This document shows positions 30,468 through 41,761 of a stretch of 64,000 nucleotides of DNA, piece by piece. Position 1 is the first letter of the stretch. Every line of letters starts with the position of its first letter. The notes beneath the pieces are model-generated. The model worked only from the letters and a program-made list of their open reading frames with translations. It did no database searches and was not told where the DNA came from. Source of the stretch: an uncultured Clostridium sp. (GTDB lineage Bacteria; Bacillota; Clostridia; TANB77; CAG-508); contig CANAQC010000003.1 in the NCBI GenBank assembly GCA_947363765.1, positions 7,756 to 71,755 on the forward strand, read 5' to 3'. A program made the position numbers and the translations under genes.

Positions 30468-31571
30468 GTGACATATTTATTAATAGTTCTTGTTGCAATT
30501 ATTATTGCTCTTATGATTTATAATATTGTAATTTATAGAAGAATTCAAAATTTAGGAACAATAAATCAAAAAATTACAAGTTTAAATGTATTACAAGATT
30601 TTATGAATACTATAGGAGAATATTCAAGTGTTGATGAAAAAATTGAAAAGATAAATGAAATTGTAATTGAAAAATATAATATTAAATATTCTACTATTGT
30701 AATGTTTGATGGTGCAGAATATAAAATTAAAACATCAAATGTTCAAGAACAACATTGGGAAGCATTAAGAAATCTTCATAACCAAGAAATATTTAAAGAT
30801 AGTATACAAACAGCTACTCCTAAATATGTTACAGTAAATAGTGAAAAAGAACGTTTACCTTATCAAACAATGGAATTTGGAAGAGCAAAATCAGCTATGT
30901 TTTTTCCATTATATATAGATAATATATATATAGGATACTGGATAATAGAAAGTGGAGAAGCACATGCATTTGATAAAATTGATTCAACAATTTTAGAAGT
31001 AGTAAAAGAAAATATCATATCAGTATATAAGACAATTTCATATCAAAATACAATTGAAAATATTACAAGAAAAGATAAGTTTTCAGAACTAAATTCAGCT
31101 GAATATCTATATGGAAAAGGAAAATATACAATTGATAAATATTCAAACTCTACAGTATGTATGTTTACAATTACTAATATAGAAGAAATTAACAGAAAAT
31201 ATTCAAGACAAACAGGAAATGATATTATTTCTGAGGTTAGCTTGCATATTAAAGAAAGTATATCTTCTGAATATATATTTGTAAGATATATGGGACCAAA
31301 ATTTGTTATAGTTTTTTCAGGAGTAGATTTGCAAAGTGTAGTAGAATTTGTACAAGACTTAAAAAATAGTATAGAAGATATTGAAATACAAGAAGTTATT
31401 CCAGAAGGAAGAAAATTAAAAAAGAATGAAGAACCAAGATATGTAAGTGCAAAATTAAATTTTGTTTTAACAACATATTATAAAGGTACAGCATTAGAAA
31501 ATGTTACAAAAAAACTAGAAGAATATTTAGACAATGCAGATAAAAATGAAAGTGATATAAATAATATATAA
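30468..31571 (+). CDS. Membrane protein with a GAF-like region and a degenerate GGDEF-like domain
   Basis: N-terminal TM helix. The C-terminal fold resembles a diguanylate cyclase, but the GG[DE]EF position reads YMGPKF. Confidence 0.45.
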   Translation: MTYLLIVLVAIIIALMIYNIVIYRRIQNLGTINQKITSLNVLQDFMNTIGEYSSVDEKIEKINEIVIEKYNIKYSTIVMFDGAEYKIKTSNVQEQHWEALRNLHNQEIFKDSIQTATPKYVTVNSEKERLPYQTMEFGRAKSAMFFPLYIDNIYIGYWIIESGEAHAFDKIDSTILEVVKENIISVYKTISYQNTIENITRKDKFSELNSAEYLYGKGKYTIDKYSNSTVCMFTITNIEEINRKYSRQTGNDIISEVSLHIKESISSEYIFVRYMGPKFVIVFSGVDLQSVVEFVQDLKNSIEDIEIQEVIPEGRKLKKNEEPRYVSAKLNFVLTTYYKGTALENVTKKLEEYLDNADKNESDINNI

Positions 31572-31593
31572 GAAAGGTAGGAATATAGAAATT

Positions 31594-31848
31594 ATGGATA
31601 TGGACAAAACAATGAGTTTTACTGTAGAAAAGGATAAAAATGTAAGAGCAAGAGAAATTCTAAAAACAGTATATCAAGCATTATTAGAAAAGGGATATAA
31701 TCCAATTAATCAAATTGTTGGTTATATTTTATCAGGAGATCCAACTTATATTACATCACATAAAGATGCTAGAAATTTAATCCGTTTAATTGAAAGAGAT
31801 GAACTATTAGAAAAAATGGTAAAAAATTATATAGGATTAGATGAATAA
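31594..31848 (+). CDS. ireB: IreB-family regulatory phosphoprotein (DUF965)
   Basis: [38 protein letters not shown], the hallmark of the family. Followed by ruvX. Confidence 0.85.
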   Translation: MDMDKTMSFTVEKDKNVRAREILKTVYQALLEKGYNPINQIVGYILSGDPTYITSHKDARNLIRLIERDELLEKMVKNYIGLDE

Positions 31849-31849
31849 T

Positions 31850-32275
31850 ATGCGTATATTAGGAATTGATTATGGAGATGCAAGAGTAGGTATTGCAATT
31901 TCGGACCCTTTAAAAATTACAGCACAAGGGCTAGAAACAATCCATTATAATGGAAATGATAAAATTGTATTAAAACGATTAGAAGAAATTTTTCATTTAT
32001 ATGAAATTGATACAATTGCAATTGGAATGCCTTTTAATATGAATGGTACAAGCTCAAATAGGGTAGAAATTACAAAATCTTTTATACATAAATTAAAATG
32101 CAAGTTTAATAATGTATTAATAGTACCAATAGATGAAAGATTAACAACAGTTGCAGCCCATAAAACAATGAATTTTTTAGAAATTAATAAAAAAAAGAAA
32201 AAAGATATTGTAGATACTATATCTGCCATATATATATTAGAAATTTATTTAAATCAAAATAAGAAAGATTATTAA
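31850..32275 (+). CDS. ruvX: Holliday junction resolvase-like nuclease RuvX (YqgF)
   Basis: MRILGIDYGDARVGIAISD ... DERLTT. The ORF track start 31841 is in the same frame. Confidence 0.85.
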   Translation: MRILGIDYGDARVGIAISDPLKITAQGLETIHYNGNDKIVLKRLEEIFHLYEIDTIAIGMPFNMNGTSSNRVEITKSFIHKLKCKFNNVLIVPIDERLTTVAAHKTMNFLEINKKKKKDIVDTISAIYILEIYLNQNKKDY

Positions 32276-32369
32276 ACAAGTATAGGAAGACAAAAAAAGT
32301 AAATAATAGAATTGTTATTAAAATTGTAGAGATACATTATATATAAATTTGAAAGGAGAAAAGAAAAAT

Positions 32370-32681
32370 ATGGATGAAAACAATATTCCAGAGGAGGAAG
32401 TAGATAATATCATTGTATTAAATGATGAAAATGGAGAAGAAGTTAAATTTGAATTCTTAGATTTAGTAGAATTAGATGGAGAAGAATATGTTGTATTGCT
32501 ACCAGTAGAAGAAGCAGATGAAGAAGAACCAGGAGAAGTTGTTATTCTTAAAGTAGAAGATACAGAAGATGAAGAAGAAGAATCTTATGTTAGTGTGGAT
32601 GATGAGGAAATATTAAATCAAGTATTTGAAATGTTTAAAGAAAAATTTAAAGATGAATTTAATTTTGTTGATGAAGACTAA
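32370..32681 (+). CDS. DUF1292 acidic protein
   Basis: DENGEEVKFEFLDLVELDGEEYVVLLP, typical of DUF1292, and the conserved ireB-ruvX-DUF1292 order. ATG after AAAGGAGAAAAG. Confidence 0.8.
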   Translation: MDENNIPEEEVDNIIVLNDENGEEVKFEFLDLVELDGEEYVVLLPVEEADEEEPGEVVILKVEDTEDEEEESYVSVDDEEILNQVFEMFKEKFKDEFNFVDED

Positions 32682-32820
32682 TTTTTAATAAAATGGAGAA
32701 TAGATAATCTTTGTAAAAAGAAAATCTATTCTTTTTTATTAAAAATTTATAATGCTAAAAAAACAAAGAGCAAATATAATTAAAAAGAATTTGTAAAAAT
32801 TGGAATATTAAGAAAACATA

Positions 32821-32849
32821 TTGTTAAAGTAAGCAAAATATAGTATAAT
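32821..32849 (+). promoter_or_regulatory. Sigma-A-type promoter for ssrA
   Basis: TTGTTA, a 17-nt spacer, then TATAAT, about 17 nt upstream of the tmRNA 5' end. Confidence 0.55.
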
Positions 32850-32866
32850 AAAACATGTTAATATAT

Positions 32867-33224
32867 GGGGGCGTAAATGGTTTCGACAGCAATCTAGCAA
32901 TATAAATAGCGAGTAGTGGAATCTTGCTTGGCCACTTTAAAAATGTAAGAAATAAATATAAACGCTAGAAATAACGAAGTAGCATTAGCTGCCTAAGTTG
33001 CAGCTACATCTTTTATAAAATACCTACGATTTATAAAAGGTGTTAAATTAGTAGGAAAACAAAGCTATTTTGTGCTTCCAAAATAGTGGGTATATAGAAG
33101 CTACTATTTTAATTCGTTTGTTTGTTAATGAATAAAAATAGGAAAATAAATAACAAACTGCACTCGGAGAAATTTATATGAAAGGGTTGACTGGACAGGA
33201 GTTCGACTCTCCTCGCCTCCACCA
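32867..33224 (+). ncRNA. ssrA: tmRNA (SsrA)
   Basis: 5' GGGGGCG pairs with 3' CGCCTCC-ACCA, giving the G3:U70 Ala identity pair. T-arm GGAGTTCGACTCTCC. Internal tag ORF GCT AGA AAT AAC GAA GTA GCA TTA GCT GCC TAA (..NNEVALAA*) at 32964..32996. Confidence 0.9.
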
Positions 33225-33340
33225 AGAATATTACTTTTAGCCATATTTTTATATTGATATTCAAAAAAGTAATGGATTTATGGCACAAAAACGATAATTA
33301 CGAAGGTATAGTTATTTAAAAGAAAGCGGAGTAGATAATT

Positions 33341-33589
33341 CTACTCTACTTTCTTTATATTCATAGCACAATTAAAACAAATCTGTTTATTTTTATAACT
33401 AGCTAATTTTTTAGTAGAACCACAAAATATGCAAGTAGGTTCATATTTTTTCAACATAATCATATCACAATTAATAAAAATTTCAATTGGGTCTTTTTCA
33501 CATATCTTGAACTTATTCCTAAGTTCCATAGGAATAACGACTCTTCCAAGATTATCAGCACGTCTTATAATACCAGTACTTTTTAACAT
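33341..33589 (-). CDS. AbrB/SpoVT-family DNA-binding protein with a C-terminal Cys4 ribbon
   Basis: GIIRRADNLGRVVIPMELR (SpoVT-AbrB swapped-hairpin motif), then CIFCG...CFNC. Confidence 0.75.
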   Translation of the reverse strand: MLKSTGIIRRADNLGRVVIPMELRNKFKICEKDPIEIFINCDMIMLKKYEPTCIFCGSTKKLASYKNKQICFNCAMNIKKVE

Positions 33590-33609
33590 TTTTTACCTCC
33601 TTAACAAAT

Positions 33610-33648
33610 GATATACCATATATTGGATATACTAATACATGGTATATC
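33610..33648. promoter_or_regulatory. Operator-like inverted repeat between divergent regulators
   Basis: GATATACCAT, 19 nt, ATGGTATATC. A third GATATAC half-site lies inside the spacer. Confidence 0.5.
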
Positions 33649-33709
33649 ATAAAAAGGTAAATGTCAAATAGGTTATTTGTTGTTACAATATCTATGAAGG
33701 TGAGGAACT

Positions 33710-33973
33710 ATGGAGAGAGCAATTCTAAAAATAAGCAAAGTAAATTATGGAAAAATGACTTTGCAAATAGATAAGATGATGTTAAAGAAATATAATAAAA
33801 ATATTGAAAATGATATAACTATTAATAAATTAGCAGTTATGACTGGTACAAAATTTGAAACTATGAAAAGATATGTTAAAAATGAAATTACAAGAGTAGA
33901 TTTTGATTTATTAAGTAGAATTTGTTATGTACTTAATTGTGACTCAAATGATATAATTAAATATGAAAAATAA
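33710..33973 (+). CDS. Small XRE-family HTH protein
   Basis: 87 aa. INKLAVMTGTKFETMKRYV fits the HTH_3 pattern. Divergent from the AbrB-like gene. Confidence 0.55.
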   Translation: MERAILKISKVNYGKMTLQIDKMMLKKYNKNIENDITINKLAVMTGTKFETMKRYVKNEITRVDFDLLSRICYVLNCDSNDIIKYEK

Positions 33974-34231
33974 AAACGCAAGTCTTCCTCTGTCTTATAT
34001 TTTTCCAAAATGGATTTAAAGTATTCTTTTTAAGATTATTTATGATTTTATCTTGTTAATAAAAATAGTATAAAATTTAAATAATGTGTAACGAAATCGA
34101 ATTTTTTACGTCTTATATAAATAGAGTGAGTGTGATAATTTAAAAAACAATTAATAAAAATGTAGCACAATAAAATTTTGTAAAATATATTGCAAAGTAA
34201 AAAAAATTGTGCTAATATATTATTTACATGT

Positions 34232-34307
34232 AGGGGTATAGTGTCAATGGTTAGCACGATGGTCTCCAAAACCACAAGTCTGAGTTCGAGTCTTAGTACC
34301 CCTGCCA
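34232..34307 (+). tRNA. tRNA-Trp (anticodon CCA), CCA encoded
   Basis: Acceptor AGGGGTA/TACCCCT, anticodon loop CTCCAAA, T-arm CTGAG-TTCGAGT-CTTAG. Confidence 0.8.
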
Positions 34308-34401
34308 TAAATATATTAAAAGGGAGTAGCTTTGGAAATTGCTAATCAACAGACTCGATATTTTGTATATCTGGTTAGTAAGCTTATAGAAAATATAAGT
34401 T

Positions 34402-34462
34402 AAGCAAGACTTTTAAATAAATTTTTAAATCTTAAAAATTTATTTAAAAGTCTTGCTTTTTT
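34402..34462 (+). terminator. Very long perfect hairpin terminator (27-bp arms)
   Basis: AAGCAAGACTTTTAAATAAATTTTTAA, loop atc, TTAAAAATTTATTTAAAAGTCTTGCTT, followed by TTTT. Confidence 0.75.
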
Positions 34463-34515
34463 GTATAAATTAGATAAAGCAAGAAAAAATAAAAATATGA
34501 TGGGAGAGATGAAAT

Positions 34516-37236
34516 TTGGAAAAAAATTGGTTTTCAAAAACAATTAAACAAACACTACAAGAATTGCAAACAGATTTAGAAAAAGGATTAACAGATGAAC
34601 AAATAAACTCTAAACGTGAAGAATATGGATTTAATGAATTAAAGGCAAAAAGGAAAAAGACATTAATTCAAAAATTTATAGAACAATTTAAAGACTTTAC
34701 TATAATTGTATTAATTATTGCAGCAATAGTATCTGGAATTGTTGGTATATCTGAAGGGGAAGGAATAACAGACACTATTATAATTTTAATTGTTGTTATA
34801 TTAAATGCAATTATTGGAGTAGCACAAGAATCAAAAGCTGAAAAATCATTAGAAGCATTACAAAAATTAAGTGATCACGCATCTAAAGTTATAAGAAATG
34901 GAAAAATGGAAATTATTCCATCAAAACTTTTATTACCAGGAGATGTCGTTATATTAGAAACAGGTGATTATATTCCAGCAGATTTAAGAATAGTAGAAGC
35001 AATAAATTTAAAATCACAAGAGTCAGCTCTAACAGGAGAATCAGTTCCAGTAGAAAAGCAAGTAAATGAGATTAAAGATGAAAAAATAGGAATTGGAGAT
35101 AGAACTAATATGTTATTTTCCTCTAGCTTAATTACTTATGGTAGAGGAAAAGGAATTGTTGTTGAAACTGGTATGAATACACAAGTAGGAAAGATTGCTA
35201 GTATGCTAGATAATACAAATGAAACTGTAACACCATTACAAGAAAAATTAAATACATTAGGAAAAACACTGGGAATGGCAGCTTTAGCAATTTGTGCAAT
35301 TATTTTTATTATAGGATTATTTTATGGAAAAGAGCCAATCCATATGTTTATGACAGCGGTAAGTTTAGCAGTGGCTGCAATTCCAGAAGGATTAGTAGCA
35401 GTATCTACAATTGTTCTTGCAATTGGAGTACAAAAAATGGTAAAGAAAAATGCTATAGTAAAAAAATTACCAGCAGTAGAGACATTAGGAAGTGCTAGTG
35501 TTATTTGTTCTGATAAAACAGGAACATTAACACAAAATAAAATGACAGTAAAAAAATTATATTATAATAATACAATATTAAATATAGAAGATATTAAACA
35601 AATAAATGAAGAAGCAAAAAAACTAGTATTAGCAAGTATGCTTTGTAATGATACAAAAATTGCACCTAATTTAACACTAAAAGGAGATCCAACAGAAACA
35701 GCATTAGTGGATATGGCATTTAAACTAGAATTTGAACCTTCAATTTTTGAACAAATGCCACGTGTGGAAGAAATACCATTTGATTCAGATAGAAAATTAA
35801 TGACAACAGTTCATAAAGTAGCAAATAAGTATATTGTTTATACAAAAGGAGGAGTAGATGAATTACTTAATTGTTCAAATGGTTATATAATAAGAGGAGA
35901 AATAAAGTATGATTTAGAGGAATTTAAAAAAGAAATCCAAAGACATAATATAGAAATGGCAAGTGATGCTTTAAGAATATTAGCATTAGGTTATAAAGAA
36001 TTAGATCATATGCCTAAAAAAGAAGAAATACAAAAACTTGAAAGTGATTTAATCTTTATTGGTATGGTAGGAATGATAGATCCACCAAGACAAGAAGCAA
36101 AAATAGCAGTAGAAAAATGTAAAACTGCTGGAATCAAAACTGTTATGATAACAGGAGACCATAAAATAACTGCAATTGCTATTGCAAAATCATTAGGAAT
36201 TTTAAAAAATGAAGAAGAAGCATTAACAGGTAAAGAATTAGAAGAAATGACAGATGAGCAATTAACAAATAATATTAGAAACTATTCAGTATATGCAAGA
36301 GTATCACCAGAACATAAAGTACGTATTGTAAAAGCATGGAAGGCACAAGGGGAAATTGTTGCAATGACTGGAGATGGTGTAAATGATGCACCAGCACTTA
36401 AAACAGCAGACATTGGTTGTGCAATGGGAATGGTTGGCACAGATGTTGCAAAAGAAGCAGCAGATGTTATATTAACAGATGACAATTTTGCAACTGTTGT
36501 ATCAGCAGTAGAAGAAGGAAGACGTATTTATGATAATATTTTAAAAGCAATACAATATTTATTATCTAGTAATGTAGGAGAAATTCTTGTATTATTTGTA
36601 GCAATTCTATTAACACCACTTATTGCTAAATGGTTTGGAATTACTAATATTAGTGCATTAGAACCACTTCTTCCAATTCATATACTATGGATTAATTTAG
36701 TAACAGATGCACTTCCAGCATTAGCACTTGCATTTGATCCAGCAAATAAAGATATTATGAAGAGTAAACCAAAAGATTCTAAATTAGGAATCTTCACTAA
36801 AGGAATGGTTTTTAGAGTTATATATCAAGGTATTATGATAGGAACATTAACATTAATCGCATTTTTAATAGGGCTTTCAACAACAAATATTGAAGGAACA
36901 AAAGAATATATAGAACATGTAAAAATTGAAATAGGTCAAACTATGGCATTTTCAGTTTTAGCATTATCACAACTTGTACATGTGTTTAATATAAGAGATA
37001 ATAAAAATTCTATTTTTAAAACAAAACCATTTAATAATATGAAATTAATTTTAGCAATTTTAGTATCAGCATTATTAATGATTACAATTTTATTAATACC
37101 TACTTTAAGACAGATATTTAGTATTTGGGCATTACCAGTAGAAAACATTTTAGAAGTAATTTGTTTAGTATTTGCACCAATTATAATTGTAGAAATTTTC
37201 AAATTATTAAAAATAAATACTACAAAAGATGAATAA
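34516..37236 (+). CDS. Calcium-translocating P-type ATPase (P2A/SERCA-like)
   Basis: CSDKTGTLTQNKM phosphorylation motif, TGES, MITGDH and GDGVNDAPALK. 906 aa with 10-TM architecture. TTG start. Confidence 0.85.
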   Translation: MEKNWFSKTIKQTLQELQTDLEKGLTDEQINSKREEYGFNELKAKRKKTLIQKFIEQFKDFTIIVLIIAAIVSGIVGISEGEGITDTIIILIVVILNAIIGVAQESKAEKSLEALQKLSDHASKVIRNGKMEIIPSKLLLPGDVVILETGDYIPADLRIVEAINLKSQESALTGESVPVEKQVNEIKDEKIGIGDRTNMLFSSSLITYGRGKGIVVETGMNTQVGKIASMLDNTNETVTPLQEKLNTLGKTLGMAALAICAIIFIIGLFYGKEPIHMFMTAVSLAVAAIPEGLVAVSTIVLAIGVQKMVKKNAIVKKLPAVETLGSASVICSDKTGTLTQNKMTVKKLYYNNTILNIEDIKQINEEAKKLVLASMLCNDTKIAPNLTLKGDPTETALVDMAFKLEFEPSIFEQMPRVEEIPFDSDRKLMTTVHKVANKYIVYTKGGVDELLNCSNGYIIRGEIKYDLEEFKKEIQRHNIEMASDALRILALGYKELDHMPKKEEIQKLESDLIFIGMVGMIDPPRQEAKIAVEKCKTAGIKTVMITGDHKITAIAIAKSLGILKNEEEALTGKELEEMTDEQLTNNIRNYSVYARVSPEHKVRIVKAWKAQGEIVAMTGDGVNDAPALKTADIGCAMGMVGTDVAKEAADVILTDDNFATVVSAVEEGRRIYDNILKAIQYLLSSNVGEILVLFVAILLTPLIAKWFGITNISALEPLLPIHILWINLVTDALPALALAFDPANKDIMKSKPKDSKLGIFTKGMVFRVIYQGIMIGTLTLIAFLIGLSTTNIEGTKEYIEHVKIEIGQTMAFSVLALSQLVHVFNIRDNKNSIFKTKPFNNMKLILAILVSALLMITILLIPTLRQIFSIWALPVENILEVICLVFAPIIIVEIFKLLKINTTKDE

Positions 37237-37401
37237 TAAGAAAAAAATTCATTTTTTCCTATATAATAAAAAAGTTCTAGAGGAATACCAAATTTCTCTG
37301 GAATTTTTTTATAGTTTTATAAAAAAAATACTATTAAAAAATTTTTTTTTAGTGTATAATAACATCATGTACGACAAAAAATATGAAAAGAGGACAAAAA
37401 A

Positions 37402-38304
37402 GTGCTATATGATTTAATAGAAGTAACACCGAAACTAAATAAAAAGAAAGTAGTAATTACAGTTATTATAGTAGTATTAATAATAGCTCTTATTAGTTTC
37501 GCTATTTTTTATTATACAAATCCAAAATTATTTAATTCAAATAATAATACACAAAAAGGGGAATTAATTAAGCAACAAAATAAAGATTTATCGCAACAAA
37601 TAAACAATGAAAAACAAAAACATATAGCAAAAGTTAATTTTTTACCAGTATATTCAGAGCAAGCTAAAAATAAATTAAATAATATATATAATTCAAATGA
37701 AAAAGTAGTATATTTAACATTTGATGATGGTCCATCAAAAACAGTAACACCTCTAATATTAGATTTATTAAATAAAGAAAACATTAAAGCAACATTTTTT
37801 GTACTTGGAAGTAGAGTAGAATTAAATCCAGATGTTTTAAAAAGAGAATATGAAGAAGGACATTTTATTGCAAATCATGGATATTCTCATGTGTATTCGA
37901 ATATTTATAGTAGTACAGACTCTGTATTAGAAGAATACAATAAAACCCAACAAGCGATTCAGAATGCATTAGGAATTGAATATGATGGACATTTATTTCG
38001 TTTTCCAGGTGGCTCTAATGGCGGAAAATACAATAATTTAAAAAAAGATGCAAAAGTATTATTAGAAACCAATCAAATTGCATATATAGATTGGAATGCA
38101 TTAAGTGGAGATGCTGCTGGTGCAAAAACAAAAGAAACTTTATTAGAAAATATTAAAACATCTGTGGGTGAAAAAAATACAGTAGTTATTTTAATGCATG
38201 ATGCAGGTGATAAAATATTAACATATGAAATATTACAAGATGTAATAACTATGTTAAAAGAAAAAGGATATATTTTTAAAAATTTTTATGATATAATGAG
38301 TTAA
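37402..38304 (+). CDS. Polysaccharide deacetylase (NodB domain), membrane anchored
   Basis: N-terminal TM helix. LTFDDGPS, HGYSH and LMHD motifs. Confidence 0.8.
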   Translation: MLYDLIEVTPKLNKKKVVITVIIVVLIIALISFAIFYYTNPKLFNSNNNTQKGELIKQQNKDLSQQINNEKQKHIAKVNFLPVYSEQAKNKLNNIYNSNEKVVYLTFDDGPSKTVTPLILDLLNKENIKATFFVLGSRVELNPDVLKREYEEGHFIANHGYSHVYSNIYSSTDSVLEEYNKTQQAIQNALGIEYDGHLFRFPGGSNGGKYNNLKKDAKVLLETNQIAYIDWNALSGDAAGAKTKETLLENIKTSVGEKNTVVILMHDAGDKILTYEILQDVITMLKEKGYIFKNFYDIMS

Positions 38305-38346
38305 TAAGTATTGACATATTACTATTTTAGAAATACAATAATTTAA

Positions 38347-39312
<966 letters not shown>

Positions 39313-39349
39313 ATATATAAAAATTAAATTAAAGAAGGGGAGAAAAAGA

Positions 39350-39904
39350 ATGAAAAAACTAACAAAATTAGGATTATTAGCAATTATTATGCTAATGGTA
39401 GTAGTACTTTTAACAGGATGTGCTAAAAAAGAAGAAAATAGCCTAGAAGGGTTAGCAGTATTTTCAGAAGAAGAAACAACAGATTATACAACATTTAGTG
39501 AAATGGAAGGAGTTACATTTAAATACCCATCTAACTATGTTTCTGTAGGAAAAGCAGATAATCCAATTTATATGGATCCAGATGTAGCAGGAGCAAGCAT
39601 TAATATTCTTAGTTCTAATATGCCATCTACTTTAACATTTGAAGGATATGTAGATGCATCAATTCCTGGAATTAAAAAGGAAATGACAATTAATGGAGAC
39701 ATTAAAAAAGAGTATATTAATCTAAATGGAACAAAAGCTGCAAAATTAGATTATGTTGCAAGTAGTGAAAATGGAAATATTGCAATTACACAAATCTTAA
39801 TTGTAAAAGATAAAAAAGCATATATATTAACATTAGGTTCACTTGAAACAGATGCTGATAAAGTAAATGAAAAATTTGATAAAATAATAAAATCATTTAA
39901 ATAA
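39350..39904 (+). CDS. Hypothetical lipoprotein
   Basis: ATG after GGGGAGAAAAAG. MKKLTKLGLLAIIMLMVVVLLTGC lipobox. The ORF track start 39290 overlaps fba. Confidence 0.55.
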   Translation: MKKLTKLGLLAIIMLMVVVLLTGCAKKEENSLEGLAVFSEEETTDYTTFSEMEGVTFKYPSNYVSVGKADNPIYMDPDVAGASINILSSNMPSTLTFEGYVDASIPGIKKEMTINGDIKKEYINLNGTKAAKLDYVASSENGNIAITQILIVKDKKAYILTLGSLETDADKVNEKFDKIIKSFK

Positions 39905-39910
39905 TAAAAT

Positions 39911-39938
39911 AAGAAAAGAACTATAAAGTTCTTTTCTT
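39911..39938. terminator. Bidirectional terminator between convergent genes
   Basis: AAGAAAAGAAC, loop tataaa, GTTCTTTTCTT. Confidence 0.65.
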
Positions 39939-39970
39939 ATTTTATTCATTTATTATTATAGTGTATAAAA

Positions 39971-40303
39971 TTAGTGTTCTTTAATTAATTTTGCAATATC
40001 ATAAATAAGTTTATTTTTTTCTGCAGGACAATCTTTTAACAAATAAAAAAGATCATCATTTAAATATTGCTTTGAAGCTGTAGAAGTGCCATTTAATATT
40101 TCACCTTCTGTTACTTCTAATAATTCACAAAGTTGAGATAATCTTTTTAAACTAACCTCAATAGTGCCTCTTTCTACTCTACTAAGAAACGCAATTGAGA
40201 CATCTAATTGTTCAGCTAAATTTTCTTGAGTTAAATGTTTTTTTATACGAGCAATTTTAATTCGATTACCTATAATTTTGTAGTCTAAAGCCATATTCAT
40301 CAT
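39971..40303 (-). CDS. XRE-family HTH transcriptional regulator
   Basis: IGNRIKIARIKKHLTQENLAEQLDVSIAFLSRVERG. Confidence 0.7.
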   Translation of the reverse strand: MMNMALDYKIIGNRIKIARIKKHLTQENLAEQLDVSIAFLSRVERGTIEVSLKRLSQLCELLEVTEGEILNGTSTASKQYLNDDLFYLLKDCPAEKNKLIYDIAKLIKEH

Positions 40304-40383
40304 CCTTCCTATATGTATGAATATAGCACTAGTTAGTATATGTTAACAGAAACAATAAGGTTGATATTTACATATAAATAAAA

Positions 40384-41028
40384 TTAAAAAAGATTAATAA
40401 ATATGTCAGCAATAGATTTTAAAACAAAATTATTCTTATATAAACTAATTAACCAATTTTTTGTAAATGGAATTTTCCATATTAAAAAAGATAATAATAT
40501 AAATGCTAGAACAGTTAAAACAAATGCTAGAAGATTTTTTAGTTTACTTTTAATAGGATGATAATATGATTCATAATATGGAGGGGTTGGTTGTTCATAA
40601 TAAGAATTTTTTTTATATTCTTGTGAATAATCATTATCAAATGAATAAGAATTTGCATTAATATTATTTACATTAAAATTGTAATCATTCATATTTTTGT
40701 TATTTTTTAAAAGATTTAATTCTAATTGTAAATTACGAACTTGTTCTGCTAAAGATTCTTTTTCGTTATAAAGTAAATTAAGTTCATTTGATTTTTCAAA
40801 TTCTAATTCTTCTGAATAAGCTTTACGTGTATCTTTATTTGATAAAACTTCATAAGCCTCATTAATTTTTTTAAATTCTTCCTCAGCCCATTGTTTTTTT
40901 TCTTGAGGTTGTGTATCTGGATGATAACGTTTTGCAAGTAATTTAAATGCCCTTTCAATCATTTCTGAAGATGCATGAATATCAACTTCTAATATTTCAT
41001 AATAATTTTTCATATATTTATTCTCCAT
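40384..41028 (-). CDS. J-domain (DnaJ-like) protein with a C-terminal membrane anchor
   Basis: NYYEILEVD...AKRYHPD...INEAYEVL with the HPD motif. C-terminal TM helix. Confidence 0.7.
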   Translation of the reverse strand: MENKYMKNYYEILEVDIHASSEMIERAFKLLAKRYHPDTQPQEKKQWAEEEFKKINEAYEVLSNKDTRKAYSEELEFEKSNELNLLYNEKESLAEQVRNLQLELNLLKNNKNMNDYNFNVNNINANSYSFDNDYSQEYKKNSYYEQPTPPYYESYYHPIKSKLKNLLAFVLTVLAFILLSFLIWKIPFTKNWLISLYKNNFVLKSIADIFINLF

Positions 41029-41146
41029 TATAATATAAAAATATCATAACATAAAAATAAAAAAAAATCGATAGATTACTTGCAAAAAAAGATAAGTTAT
41101 TATAAAATAATAACAGAAAATTTGTTTGTGAAAGTGGGAGGTAAAA

Positions 41147-41749
41147 ATGCTTGCATATATTAAAGGAACATTAGAAATGAAATTTGATAACTATATTGTA
41201 ATAGATGTAGGAGGACTTGGATATAAAATATTTATGAGTGAAAAAGCATTAGAAGAAGTTGGCAATATTGGAGATAATGTAAAAGTGCATACATATTATC
41301 GTGTAAGAGAAGATGATATTAGTATTTATGGATTTTTAACCAATGAAGAATTAAAAATGTTTGAATTATTACTAGGAGTAAGTGGAATTGGAGCAAAATC
41401 TGCAATTACAATGTTATCTAATATAACACCATCTAGTTTTGCACTTGCAATTATTACTAGTGATACGTCTAAATTAGTTAAAATTCCAGGAATTGGAGCG
41501 AAATCTGCAGCAAGGATTATATTAGAATTAAAAGATAAAATAAAAACAGTAGAAGCAAAAGAGCAAGAGACAAAATTACTAGTTAAAGAAGCATTTGTAG
41601 ATAATAATAAATTACAAGAAGCAATTTCTGCTTTGCAAGTATTAGGTTATAACAAAAAAGAAATAGAAAAAGTGTTTGAAAAAATTAATATACAAGATTT
41701 AACATTAGAAGATATAATAAGAAAAGGATTATCAAATTTAGCAAAATAA
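41147..41749 (+). CDS. ruvA: Holliday junction DNA helicase subunit RuvA
   Basis: MLAYIKGTL...GLGYKIF..., and two HhH motifs (VSGIGAKSA, IPGIGAKSAARI). Confidence 0.9.
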   Translation: MLAYIKGTLEMKFDNYIVIDVGGLGYKIFMSEKALEEVGNIGDNVKVHTYYRVREDDISIYGFLTNEELKMFELLLGVSGIGAKSAITMLSNITPSSFALAIITSDTSKLVKIPGIGAKSAARIILELKDKIKTVEAKEQETKLLVKEAFVDNNKLQEAISALQVLGYNKKEIEKVFEKINIQDLTLEDIIRKGLSNLAK

Positions 41750-41761
41750 GGAGAATAGAAT

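Noticed and set aside
33225-34231. Prophage or integrative element inserted at ssrA
   Set aside because: There is no integrase, no duplication of the tmRNA 3' end, and only two small regulator genes. At most this is a remnant.
34048-34308. 86-aa minus-strand ORF
   Set aside because: Its 5' part is the reverse complement of tRNA-Trp and the rest is AT-rich intergenic sequence.
35292-35498. Internal alternative-frame ORF within the Ca-ATPase gene (and similarly 51285..51482 in dnaE and 22045..22299)
   Set aside because: These are embedded in strongly supported conserved reading frames.
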